Origin: Paenisporosarcina sp.
GTDB lineage: Bacteria > Bacillota > Bacilli > Bacillales_A > Planococcaceae
Assembly (NCBI RefSeq): GCF_049671445.1
Contig: NZ_JBATUX010000021.1
Location: forward strand, 17,906-81,905
DNA length: 64,000 nt
Direction of reading: 5' to 3'
Below, piece after piece: positions 1 to 7,076 of this stretch (the first letter of the stretch is position 1; each line of letters starts with the position of its first letter). A program made the translations under genes and the position numbers. The notes under the pieces were generated by a model. The model saw nothing but the letters and a program-made list of their open reading frames with translations. It was not told the DNA's origin and made no database searches.

Positions 1-239
1 CGTCCATACTTGCGAATGATTAAAAACACAATATATGAACCAATAGCTGTCCCAGCCCAAGAAATTAAAAACCCTATCCATAAACCATATGCGCTAGCAT
101 TGGCAAAAACGAATGCAAATAGGGGTAAAAAGGGTAAAAAAGATTCTAAAAATGGTAATAAGAATCCGATGAGAGGTCCAAGTGATTTGTAATCTCTTGT
201 TAGTTCTAATAAATTTTCTGCTGTTAGCCAATCGAACAT
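1..239 (-). CDS. DedA/TVP38-type membrane protein, N-terminal part (gene runs off the left window edge)
   Basis: Truncated, so absent from the ORF track. Reverse-strand ATG at 239-237 preceded by GAGGATGAGGA. Reads MFDWLTAENLLELTRDYKSLGPLIGFLLPFLESFFPFLPLFAFVFANASAYGLWIGF..., a hydrophobic DedA/SNARE-associated-like N-terminus. Confidence 0.55.
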   Translation of the reverse strand, partial: MFDWLTAENLLELTRDYKSLGPLIGFLLPFLESFLPFLPLFAFVFANASAYGLWIGFLISWAGTAIGSYIVFLIIRKYG

Positions 240-304
240 GATCCTCATCCTCAAAAATAATATAGTTATATTTCAGTTTTCCCGAGTCAGGCTAGCATCA
301 AACA

Positions 305-856
305 TTATTGATAGGTAATGATTAGATGAGTTACAGACATCGTTTCACCGGCATTTATATAACGGTGTGTTTGACTTCCCGAAAAAACTAAGGTGTCCCC
401 TGATTCGAGATTAACGTCTTCAGCTTCTAATATGATTTTCAATTGTCCATTGACAACCGTTAATGACTCCTCGACTCCATCCATATGTGCAGCACTTTCA
501 TACGAACAGTGTGGATCTAACTCAATCCTGTAAAGCTCCCAACCACGGTCTGGACTATACGGAATGATAGAAAATACCCGATAGCGTCCTTCGTCTTCTG
601 TTAAGAATGGGATTTCTGAAGATGAAATTTTTTTCACAGTAGATTTTGGTGGTTGTAAAAGAGTAGAGAAACTAATTTTCAATCCATCGGCAATTTTCCA
701 CATGGTCGATACAGTCGGATTTGACTCACCTTTTTCCATTTGTGCAAGTTGTGCTTTACTGACATCTGTCAGTTTCGCAATATCATCTAAACTCATTCCA
801 CGTTGATGACGGATTTTTTTTAATTGAACACCTAAATTACGTCTCATCTGTTCCAT
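305..856 (-). CDS. XRE-family HTH transcriptional regulator with C-terminal cupin domain
   Basis: 183-aa ORF. N-terminal HTH_3-like segment (MSLDDIAKLTDVSKAQLAQMEKGESNPT) and a beta-rich C-terminal half typical of cupin_2. Divergent from azlCD. Confidence 0.85.
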   Translation of the reverse strand: MEQMRRNLGVQLKKIRHQRGMSLDDIAKLTDVSKAQLAQMEKGESNPTVSTMWKIADGLKISFSTLLQPPKSTVKKISSSEIPFLTEDEGRYRVFSIIPYSPDRGWELYRIELDPHCSYESAAHMDGVEESLTVVNGQLKIILEAEDVNLESGDTLVFSGSQTHRYINAGETMSVTHLIITYQ

Positions 857-870
857 AGTTTCACCTCTTA

Positions 871-899
871 TTGTTTATTTTAACATACAGTTGTATAAT
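871..899 (+). promoter_or_regulatory. Putative sigma-A promoter for azlCD
   Basis: TTGTTT (871-876), 17-nt spacer, TATAAT (894-899), about 35 nt upstream of the azlC ATG. Confidence 0.4.
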
Positions 900-933
900 C
901 TATTAAACATTCAGCGATAGGAGCATAATACAT

Positions 934-1620
934 ATGACATTTATGAATGGAATTCGGGCAGGATTAAGCATCGCAATCGGATACTTTCCAATTGCCCTAA
1001 CGTTTGGTTTACTCGCTAAAACAACCGGCTTATCTATGTGGGAAGCAACGGCTATGAGTATATTTGTTTTTGCAGGGGCTGCACAGTACATATCATTAAC
1101 CTTAATTTCAACAGGCGTTGATCCTATATTAATTGTTTTAAACACGTTTGTCGTCAACATTCGTCACTTCTTAATGACGGCATCATTGAATGAAAAGATG
1201 CAACCTGACGCACGTTGGAAAAAAGCCATATATGCATTTGGCGTTACAGATGAAACATTTTCAGTTTTAGCCACACAAACACGCGATAATATTCGGACAT
1301 CCTTTGCTGCAGGCGTCATATTAATCTCCTACGGTAGCTGGGTCGTCTTTACAGCACTCGGACACGTGATTGGTGCTAACTTACCTGAGTTCCTTCAAGC
1401 AGCTATGTCTATAGCATTATATGCAATGTTCGTAGGCTTGCTCGTGCCTTCAATGAAAGGCAATCGAAAAGTAGTATTGCTCGCCTTATTCGGTGCAGCC
1501 ATTCACAGTGCTTTGTATTGGAGCGGCTTACTATCAACTGGCTGGGCAATTCTCGTTGCCACCCTGGGTTCCGCTATGTTGGTTGAAATTCTGTATTCCA
1601 AGAAAGGACGTGAAGCTTAA
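934..1620 (+). CDS. azlC: AzlC-family branched-chain amino acid exporter subunit
   Basis: 228-aa polytopic membrane ORF with an AzlC-like N-terminus (GIRAGLSIAIGYFPIALTFGLLA). Its stop overlaps the start of the small azlD-like ORF (ATGA-type junction at 1620). Confidence 0.88.
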   Translation: MTFMNGIRAGLSIAIGYFPIALTFGLLAKTTGLSMWEATAMSIFVFAGAAQYISLTLISTGVDPILIVLNTFVVNIRHFLMTASLNEKMQPDARWKKAIYAFGVTDETFSVLATQTRDNIRTSFAAGVILISYGSWVVFTALGHVIGANLPEFLQAAMSIALYAMFVGLLVPSMKGNRKVVLLALFGAAIHSALYWSGLLSTGWAILVATLGSAMLVEILYSKKGREA

Positions 1621-1928
1621 TGGAAAAGTGGTATTGGTGGATGATTCTCGGAATGGCAATTGTGACCTATATACCCCGTGCCTTTCCTTTAACATTTTTA
1701 GAAGGACGTGAATTACCACCACTAGTTAGTGGTGTTTTGAGAAATATTCCGTTTGCTGTATTAGGTGCTCTGATATTTCCTGCCATCTTATTCGTTCAAG
1801 AAGGCAATCTATTGTTCGGCTTCATTGGTGCTGTCGCGGCCTTTGCTTTCGCATTTGCTGGAGCAAACGTAATCATCGTAGTGATGGGCTCCATTGCAGT
1901 ATTAGCGATCTATAGTTTGATAGGCTAA
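1620..1928 (+). CDS. azlD: AzlD-family small membrane subunit
   Basis: 102-aa hydrophobic ORF translationally coupled to azlC. Size and position are typical of AzlD. Confidence 0.82.
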   Translation: MEKWYWWMILGMAIVTYIPRAFPLTFLEGRELPPLVSGVLRNIPFAVLGALIFPAILFVQEGNLLFGFIGAVAAFAFAFAGANVIIVVMGSIAVLAIYSLIG

Positions 1929-1949
1929 ATGAGTAGGAGTATAGTGGTT

Positions 1950-2213
1950 CAGGTTGACGAAGTGACTCTCCAGGTTGACGAAGGGGCTCTCCAGGTTGAC
2001 GAAGTTGTTCTTCAGGTTGACGAAGTGGCTCTACAGGTTAACGAAATAGCGCTACAGGTTGTACAAAATGGTCTCTACCCCATAAAGAGGCCGCGAGCTG
2101 GAGCTTCAGGTTGACTTAGTGATCTCTAGGTTGACGAAGTGATCTCTAGGTTGACGAAGTGGGGCTACGGGTTGACGAAGTGGCGCTCCAGGTTGTACAA
2201 AATGGTCTCTACA
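1950..2213. repeat. 21-bp tandem repeat array, family a. Two sub-arrays of unit CAGGTTGACGAAGTGNCTCTC, each ending in CAGGTTGTACAAAATGGTCTCTAC.
   Basis: Units in register at 1950, 1971, 1992, 2013 and 2034, cap at 2055. Second sub-array at 2107-2188, cap at 2189-2213. Confidence 0.95.
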
Positions 2214-2264
2214 CCCATTTTCAACCCATAATAAATAACTGAATGATTTATTTTCAAAAATATC

Positions 2265-2293
2265 TTGACGATTTACTTCGAAAAGCGTAAAGT
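2265..2293 (+). promoter_or_regulatory. Putative sigma-A promoter of the S-box leader
   Basis: TTGACG (2265-2270), 17-nt spacer, TAAAGT (2288-2293), about 40 nt upstream of the riboswitch P1 helix. Confidence 0.45.
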
Positions 2294-2334
2294 CATAATC
2301 AATTCTTGCAACAATTTAATAGCAACACATCACT

Positions 2335-2455
2335 TTCTTATCTAGAGAGACCGAGGGACAGGCCCTTTGACGTCTCGGCAGCGGATTCAACTTAATTGTT
2401 GAAAACTGTGCCAACTCCTGCAAGCGGACAAATCTATTCGCTTGGAAGATGAGAA
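2335..2455 (+). promoter_or_regulatory. SAM-I (S-box) riboswitch aptamer
   Basis: TTCTTATCTAGAGAGACCGAGGGACAGGCCCTTTGACGTCTCGGCAGC...GTGCCAACTCCTGCAAG...GGAAGATGAGAA matches the conserved S-box core (cuuAUCaAGAG.GG..GAGGGAc.GGCCC..GA..C..GCAACC...GUGCcAA.UCC.GCA...GAUaAG). P1 is formed by TTCTTATC and GATGAGAA. Confidence 0.85.
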
Positions 2456-2477
2456 CGAGATGGTTTTCCATAAATAT

Positions 2478-2526
2478 GGAGAGCCTTCTTTTTCTTGAGT
2501 ATAAGAAAAAGAAGGCTCTCCTTTTT
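2478..2526 (+). terminator. Intrinsic terminator (expression platform of the S-box leader)
   Basis: GGAGAGCCTTCTTTTTC / loop / GAAAAAGAAGGCTCTCC followed by TTTTT. Confidence 0.8.
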
Positions 2527-2710
2527 CGTTCAGAGATAGAAAGTTGATTAGCTAAAATTGCTTGCGGAATCAATTATTTCTCTTACAGGGTTTCTAACTT
2601 AATCCCTTGAGACAATGGTTGACCATTCTTCAGTAAGGAGGTTCCGCTTAATTCATCGCACCCACTTCAACAAACAAGCTTTTACTAATTAAAAATTGGA
2701 GGAATATAAA

Positions 2711-3916
2711 ATGACATTGGTAATTGATTTGAAATCTCGGATTTATGAAAGCATCGATAGCCATTCAGAGCGAATAATCTCATTAGCAAAAGAAATTCAT
2801 GCGAAACCTGAAATTGGCAATGAAGAAGTATTTGCTAGCAGCTCATTAAGCGACTATTTACGTGAATTTGGTTTTGATGTGGATCTTGGTGTGGCTGGTC
2901 ATGATACTGCCTTTTATGCTGTTAAAGATTCAGGTATCGAAGGTCCAACCATCGCATTTTTAGCCGAATATGATGCCCTTCCAGGTTTAGGTCATGCATG
3001 CGGCCATAACATTATCGGAACGACAAGTGTTGCTGCCGGCATTGCACTATCCGAAGCATTGTTAGAAACGGGTGGAAAGGTTATTGTCCTAGGTACTCCT
3101 GCAGAAGAAGGTGGTCCGAATGGTAGTGCTAAAGGAAGCTTTGTACGACATGGCTTTTTAGAAGATGTTGATGTTGCTTTAATGATTCATCCATCGGGAC
3201 GTACTAGTTTAACTAGTCCCACATTAGCTGTGGATCCACTTGATTTTCATTTTTATGGCACAGCAGCACATGCTTCTGGTTCTCCTGAAAAAGGAATTAA
3301 CGCGTTGGATTCCGTCATTCATTTATTCAATGGCATCAATGCTCTTCGACAACATCTCACAAGTGATGTACGTATTCATGGCATCATCACCCATGGTGGG
3401 GATGCGCCGAACATTGTGCCGGACTATGCTTCTGCTCGATTTTACATCCGTGCAGACACTTGGGCTAAAACAGAAGCTGTAAGTACACGTATTCGTGCGA
3501 TTGCAGAAGGTGCTGCTTTATCAACAGGTGCAACCGTAAAAGTAGAACGATTCCAAAACGAGGTTCAGGACTTCGTGTTAAATCATGTACTCGACAGTGT
3601 GTTGCATGAAGAATTGGAGTCACAGGGTGAAGTTGTATTCTCAAAACGAAGTCGAGGATTAGGCTCAACGGACGCTGGCAACATTAGCTATGCCGTGCCG
3701 ACTGCACATCCTTATATAAAAATAGGACCCGACGAATTAATTGCCCACACGAATGAATTTCGTGAAGCAGCAAATTCCGACATTGGTTACAACGCTTTAG
3801 TCACTGGCGCAAAAGCACTTGCTGGAGCAGGTTATCGCTTATTGAGCGAACCAGAATTACTACATCAAGTACGAAAAGCGCATGAAGCAGCGCTTGAATC
3901 TAAGAATAAAGAATAA
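2711..3916 (+). CDS. M20-family amidohydrolase / metallopeptidase (AmhX/AbgB/YxeP-like)
   Basis: ORF 2696-3916, start trimmed to ATG 2711 (GGAGG at 2699-2703). Carries M20D-like motifs GHACGHN, GTPAEEGG and MIHP. Confidence 0.88.
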   Translation: MTLVIDLKSRIYESIDSHSERIISLAKEIHAKPEIGNEEVFASSSLSDYLREFGFDVDLGVAGHDTAFYAVKDSGIEGPTIAFLAEYDALPGLGHACGHNIIGTTSVAAGIALSEALLETGGKVIVLGTPAEEGGPNGSAKGSFVRHGFLEDVDVALMIHPSGRTSLTSPTLAVDPLDFHFYGTAAHASGSPEKGINALDSVIHLFNGINALRQHLTSDVRIHGIITHGGDAPNIVPDYASARFYIRADTWAKTEAVSTRIRAIAEGAALSTGATVKVERFQNEVQDFVLNHVLDSVLHEELESQGEVVFSKRSRGLGSTDAGNISYAVPTAHPYIKIGPDELIAHTNEFREAANSDIGYNALVTGAKALAGAGYRLLSEPELLHQVRKAHEAALESKNKE

Positions 3917-3953
3917 CTACTCAATCATTATCGTACAAAAAAAGAGACATCCA

Positions 3954-3960
3954 GATTTGA
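3954..3960. repeat. Left copy of the 7-bp direct repeat GATTTGA (target duplication or crossover core)
   Basis: Identical heptamer at 9967-9973. It is immediately outside the terminal inverted repeats. Confidence 0.8.
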
Positions 3961-3989
3961 TTAAGCCGTTCAGTTTTGAATCACTTTTC
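3961..3989 (+). repeat. Left terminal inverted repeat TTAAGCCGTTCAGTTTTGAATCACTTTTC
   Basis: Its reverse complement matches 9938-9966 at 28 of 29 positions. A further CCTAAATA match lies 11-12 nt further in (4001-4009 versus 9930-9937). Confidence 0.85.
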
Positions 3990-4004
3990 TTGAATTATAA
4001 CCCT

Positions 4005-4046
4005 AAATAGACACCCAATTAGCTAGTCAATTGGATGTCTATTTTT
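4005..4046 (+). terminator. Hairpin plus T-run inside the left end of the element
   Basis: AAATAGACACCCAATT / AGCTAGTC / AATTGGATGTCTATTT followed by TTTT. One mismatch in the stem. Confidence 0.6.
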
Positions 4047-4261
4047 TATTGATATATCAAGGTTTGTATAGATTTTACTCTTAATATAACCATCCCATTG
4101 ACAGGTCAATTATTGCTATTACAACTGTGATTGTAAATTGATTATTTCGGTGTCTAATTGGCGTGATAAAGGGGTGTGGAATTGAATTGTTGAAAAACAA
4201 CCAAATGAACTAAACAAGTAACCTGTAAACAGTAAAATGAATACTTGTGTTCAGAAAATAT

Positions 4262-4294
4262 AAAAAAACACTGATTAATTTCTCAGTGTTTTCT
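4262..4294 (-). terminator. Bidirectional intrinsic terminator downstream of the TPR gene
   Basis: A-run, AACACTGA / TTAATTTC / TCAGTGTT, then T-run. Confidence 0.6.
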
Positions 4295-4331
4295 GGTTGT
4301 AATTTTTAGTAAGCTTAATTTTCATCTACGC

Positions 4332-4362
4332 TTATTCAACTAAAGCACTCGTTAGTTAAAAA
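4332..4362 (+). repeat. Cassette-boundary site S1 (variant B): TTATTCAACTAA-AGCACTC-GTTAGTTAAAAA
   Basis: Member of the ...ACTAA(C)-N7-GTTAG... family. Located 11 nt beyond the TPR gene stop. Confidence 0.75.
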
Positions 4363-4372
4363 TGGTACTCAT

Positions 4373-4960
4373 TTAATTCTGTATGTTTTGTGCGAACTCT
4401 ATTGCTTGTTCAGTGGAATAAATTAAAGATGAATTACCTTTTGATTTTCTAAGCTCTAACGCTGCCTGAAAGCATTTTATTGCATCTTCTACTCTATTTA
4501 ATTCTAAGAGGCACTTACCTTTGTGCTGAAATGCAAAATCTAAGTATAAATTTTCATCCGTTTCCTCACATTTAATCAATGCCAGATTAAATTTCTCCAA
4601 TGCTTCTTCAAGTTTATTATCATATTTCAAAGCCTCTCCAAGACGAATTAAAGAGATGATTTCTCTTTTGTAGTGCTTTCCCTCGATTGCATACTTTAGG
4701 TTTATTTCTAAATAGTTAATTGCTGTTTTGGGCTTCCCATATATCCTATAAAGATTTCCTAGTGTTCCATAAAGAAAATACTTTTCCTCTTTATTAATTA
4801 AAGTATCTTCTTTTATTTGATCTAGAAATACTTCAGCTTTAATAATAAATTGTTTTAACTTCGAAAGATTTGATGATTTCTCGCGAAGATACTGATTTGA
4901 ATCAAAATAAATTATATCAGTAATTGAAGAAAGTTCTTCTCTCAACTCTTTGAAATCCAT
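4373..4960 (-). CDS. TPR-repeat protein
   Basis: ORF 4373-4993, start trimmed to ATG 4960 (AGGGGGA 5 nt upstream). Repeated 34-aa TPR-like units (...LGNLYRIYGKPKTAINYLE..., ...LGEALKYDNKLEEALEKFNLAL...). Confidence 0.78.
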   Translation of the reverse strand: MDFKELREELSSITDIIYFDSNQYLREKSSNLSKLKQFIIKAEVFLDQIKEDTLINKEEKYFLYGTLGNLYRIYGKPKTAINYLEINLKYAIEGKHYKREIISLIRLGEALKYDNKLEEALEKFNLALIKCEETDENLYLDFAFQHKGKCLLELNRVEDAIKCFQAALELRKSKGNSSLIYSTEQAIEFAQNIQN

Positions 4961-5030
4961 ACAAATCCCCCTATTCATAAAAACTCTGTTCATTTGTCGT
5001 CTAATTTATCTAACCAATCGATTAAATCAA

Positions 5031-5306
5031 TTATGTTTGAACTGGAGCAACACTCCAATTAATCTTATTTACACCTTTAACATTAATGTTGCCTAAACTC
5101 AAAATATGGGGAATATGTGCGAACATCCCAAATTTAACACCCTTTCTATGTTCTTCTGTGAAGTATGCTAATGTGTCTGATGGCAAAGCTGAACATTCTT
5201 GATATGAAATTATATCAATGATTTGAATTTCTTCATCAGGAATATCCGTAGCTGGACCTTTATAATTTTCTTTATTATAGAAATACACAGCATTTTTATT
5301 TTTCAT
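5031..5306 (-). CDS. Hypothetical protein. Possibly the C-terminal half of a split gene together with 5303-5566.
   Basis: 91-aa ORF. Its ATG overlaps the upstream stop in ATGA within an A-rich run. Confidence 0.5.
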   Translation of the reverse strand: MKNKNAVYFYNKENYKGPATDIPDEEIQIIDIISYQECSALPSDTLAYFTEEHRKGVKFGMFAHIPHILSLGNINVKGVNKINWSVAPVQT

Positions 5307-5566
5307 TCTTTTTTAATACTTACACCATGAGAATGTAAAGCTTCGTAAACATAGTAAGGGTGAAGGGGTAGTAAAAAAATTACATCATTCCATAGACAAT
5401 TTAATTTGGGGATGCTTTTCAATAATAAGCTCTCCCTTTCTGGATGGTCAAAATACTTTTTTGAGTAGGTTTTATAAAGTTCGGGATGCATCAATTTTAT
5501 CTCATTAAGAGAAATAAGAGCCTCTCCCGTCATTTTTTTAGACACCATATGATAAACGTAATCCAT
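5303..5566 (-). CDS. Hypothetical protein. Possibly the N-terminal half of a split gene.
   Basis: ORF 5303-5569, start placed at ATG 5566 (GGAGG 7 nt upstream). Confidence 0.55.
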   Translation of the reverse strand: MDYVYHMVSKKMTGEALISLNEIKLMHPELYKTYSKKYFDHPERESLLLKSIPKLNCLWNDVIFLLPLHPYYVYEALHSHGVSIKKE

Positions 5567-5780
5567 CAAATTTCCTCCTCATAAAAGGTTAATTCTTAAA
5601 AGGACGACTTCCTTAGTATCCTTTTATTCCCTTTTCACCACTCATATTACCTAGAAAAACAAATAAAAAACAGACTGATAATTTATGGAATAATATGCTA
5701 TAATTGAATTAACTTAGAAACAGAGAACCGCTAGAGAATGTAATTCTTCTCTAGCGGTTTTATAATGTTCTGCCAGTTTC

Positions 5781-5866
5781 TTATTGAACTAACCTGCCCC
5801 GTTAGTACAATAAGTTCAACAAAAAATGCGTTAATCCTTCTTGGATCAACGCACCCGTTAGTGAAA
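5781..5866 (+). repeat. Composite cassette-boundary site S2. It comprises the 13-7-13 palindrome (5781-5813), a second hairpin (5827-5853) and GCACCCGTTAGTG.
   Basis: TTATTGAACTAAC-CTGCCCC-GTTAGTACAATAA, then TGCGTTAATCC-TTCTT-GGATCAACGCA, then CCCGTTAGTG. Near-identical to 8285-8373. Confidence 0.85.
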
Positions 5867-5909
5867 TTTAATCCCAATAATTAAATACCAAATGAGTATA
5901 AACAAAACA

Positions 5910-6446
5910 TTATTTAACGCACTTATACATAAGAATATCATCTACATATTTATCTTCATCTATCTTATATTCTTTTATTAAACGTCCTTCCTCAATAAAA
6001 CCCACGCTTTTGTATAATGATATCGCTCTATGATTAGTGGCGAATACCCCTAAACTTACCTTTTCAATAAGAGGTTGTTTTTCAGCCCAATCCAGTAATG
6101 TTTGCAGAAGAATTTTCCCGATTCCAGCACCTCTATAGTCTCTACTTAAAGACATTGAAATTGAACCAGTATGAGATAATCTTTTTTTGTTATTAGATCG
6201 AAATACTATTGATCCTACAACGACATCATTAATTTCAGCAACAATTAAAGTTTCTTTATCATTATTTATTATCTTTTGAATTTGTTCCTTTTCTTGTTCA
6301 ATTGACATTTTTTCTAATTCCTCAGATACTACGATAAAATAATCTCCTTCAGAAATAACGGAAGCTGAAATTTCTATAAGTGCTTCAGCATCTTCTAATT
6401 CTACTGTTCGAATACTACATTTTTGATTGTTTATTATGTCTGACAT
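5910..6446 (-). CDS. GNAT-family N-acetyltransferase
   Basis: 178-aa ORF with an acetyl-CoA-binding motif-A-like segment (SRDYRGAGIGKILLQTLLDWA). GGGGGGA RBS. Confidence 0.88.
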   Translation of the reverse strand: MSDIINNQKCSIRTVELEDAEALIEISASVISEGDYFIVVSEELEKMSIEQEKEQIQKIINNDKETLIVAEINDVVVGSIVFRSNNKKRLSHTGSISMSLSRDYRGAGIGKILLQTLLDWAEKQPLIEKVSLGVFATNHRAISLYKSVGFIEEGRLIKEYKIDEDKYVDDILMYKCVK

Positions 6447-6498
6447 TTAAAATCCCCCCTGTCTATATTCAAAAAGAATTCCACAAACACATACCTAT

Positions 6499-6537
6499 AT
6501 CCTTCTTCAAGTAATGCACTCGTTAGTTGAATAAGAA
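6499..6537 (+). repeat. Cassette-boundary site S3 (right-half type): ATCCTTCTT...TGCACTCGTTAGTTGAATAAG
   Basis: Matches the second half of the composite sites S2 and S6. Its right arm is identical to that of S8. Confidence 0.7.
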
Positions 6538-6613
6538 AATAAAACATCAACTATCTACTTTATTTAAGTCTAGATTAAACAATCGTGTTAATAAATCATT
6601 AAATTCACCCTAT

Positions 6614-6901
6614 CTAAAACCTTTTAAAAAGTTTCCTTTGTTTCATATAATCAATAGCCTTAGTTTTATTCTTTTGTTTAGAAACATATATTGCTTCATT
6701 TATATCTCTATAATAGCTATTTAATCTTTCTTCTAGAAGAATACCAACAGATATTGCTTTTTTAACTGCACAGTTAGTCTCATTTGTATGAGTGCAGTCA
6801 GAAAACTTACAACTCGAAGATAATTCCAATATATCTTCATATTCATTACCTAATTTTTCTTCATAATCTACTATTTCAAACATCTTTTTATTAAACTTCA
6901 T
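6614..6901 (-). CDS. Stand-alone RsgA/YjeQ C-terminal zinc-finger fragment (95 aa)
   Basis: CKFSDCTHTNETNCAVKKAI matches the RsgA C-terminal C-x-F-x2-C-x-H-x5-C-A-V zinc motif. The OB and GTPase domains are absent. It has its own AGGGAG RBS. Confidence 0.6.
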   Translation of the reverse strand: MKFNKKMFEIVDYEEKLGNEYEDILELSSSCKFSDCTHTNETNCAVKKAISVGILLEERLNSYYRDINEAIYVSKQKNKTKAIDYMKQRKLFKRF

Positions 6902-6979
6902 TTTATAACTCCCTTTTTGTACTATGACTAACCTTCCTTTTTATTTGAAGAAGAAAAAGAGTGCCAATTCAACGCCACG

Positions 6980-7012
6980 ATCTTTAACTAACCTGCCGCG
7001 TTAGTAAAACTA
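6980..7012 (+). repeat. Cassette-boundary site S4: ATCTTTAACTAAC-CTGCCGC-GTTAGTAAAACTA
   Basis: 13-7-13 site, 65 nt upstream of the recombinase start. This is an attI-like position between the divergent recombinase and the leftward modules. Confidence 0.75.
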
Positions 7013-7076
7013 CTCATTATGTCTTTAATTCTATTAAGTTGGCAATAATTCCTTTAATCTTACATTTTTAGGAGGT

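Noticed and set aside
1929-2114. 61-aa ORF (QVDEVTLQVDEGALQVDE...) from the track
   Set aside because: It is simply the translation of the 21-bp tandem array (7-aa periodicity). It has no RBS, the array is open in several frames and on both strands, and the same repeat occurs non-coding and inverted elsewhere.
2316-2573. 85-aa minus-strand ORF
   Set aside because: It is antisense to a well-formed SAM-I riboswitch and its terminator, and no RBS is evident.
6527-6724. 65-aa plus-strand ORF
   Set aside because: It overlaps the minus-strand ORF 6614-6901, which has a recognisable RsgA zinc-finger motif and a good RBS. The plus-strand ORF is low-complexity and has no RBS.
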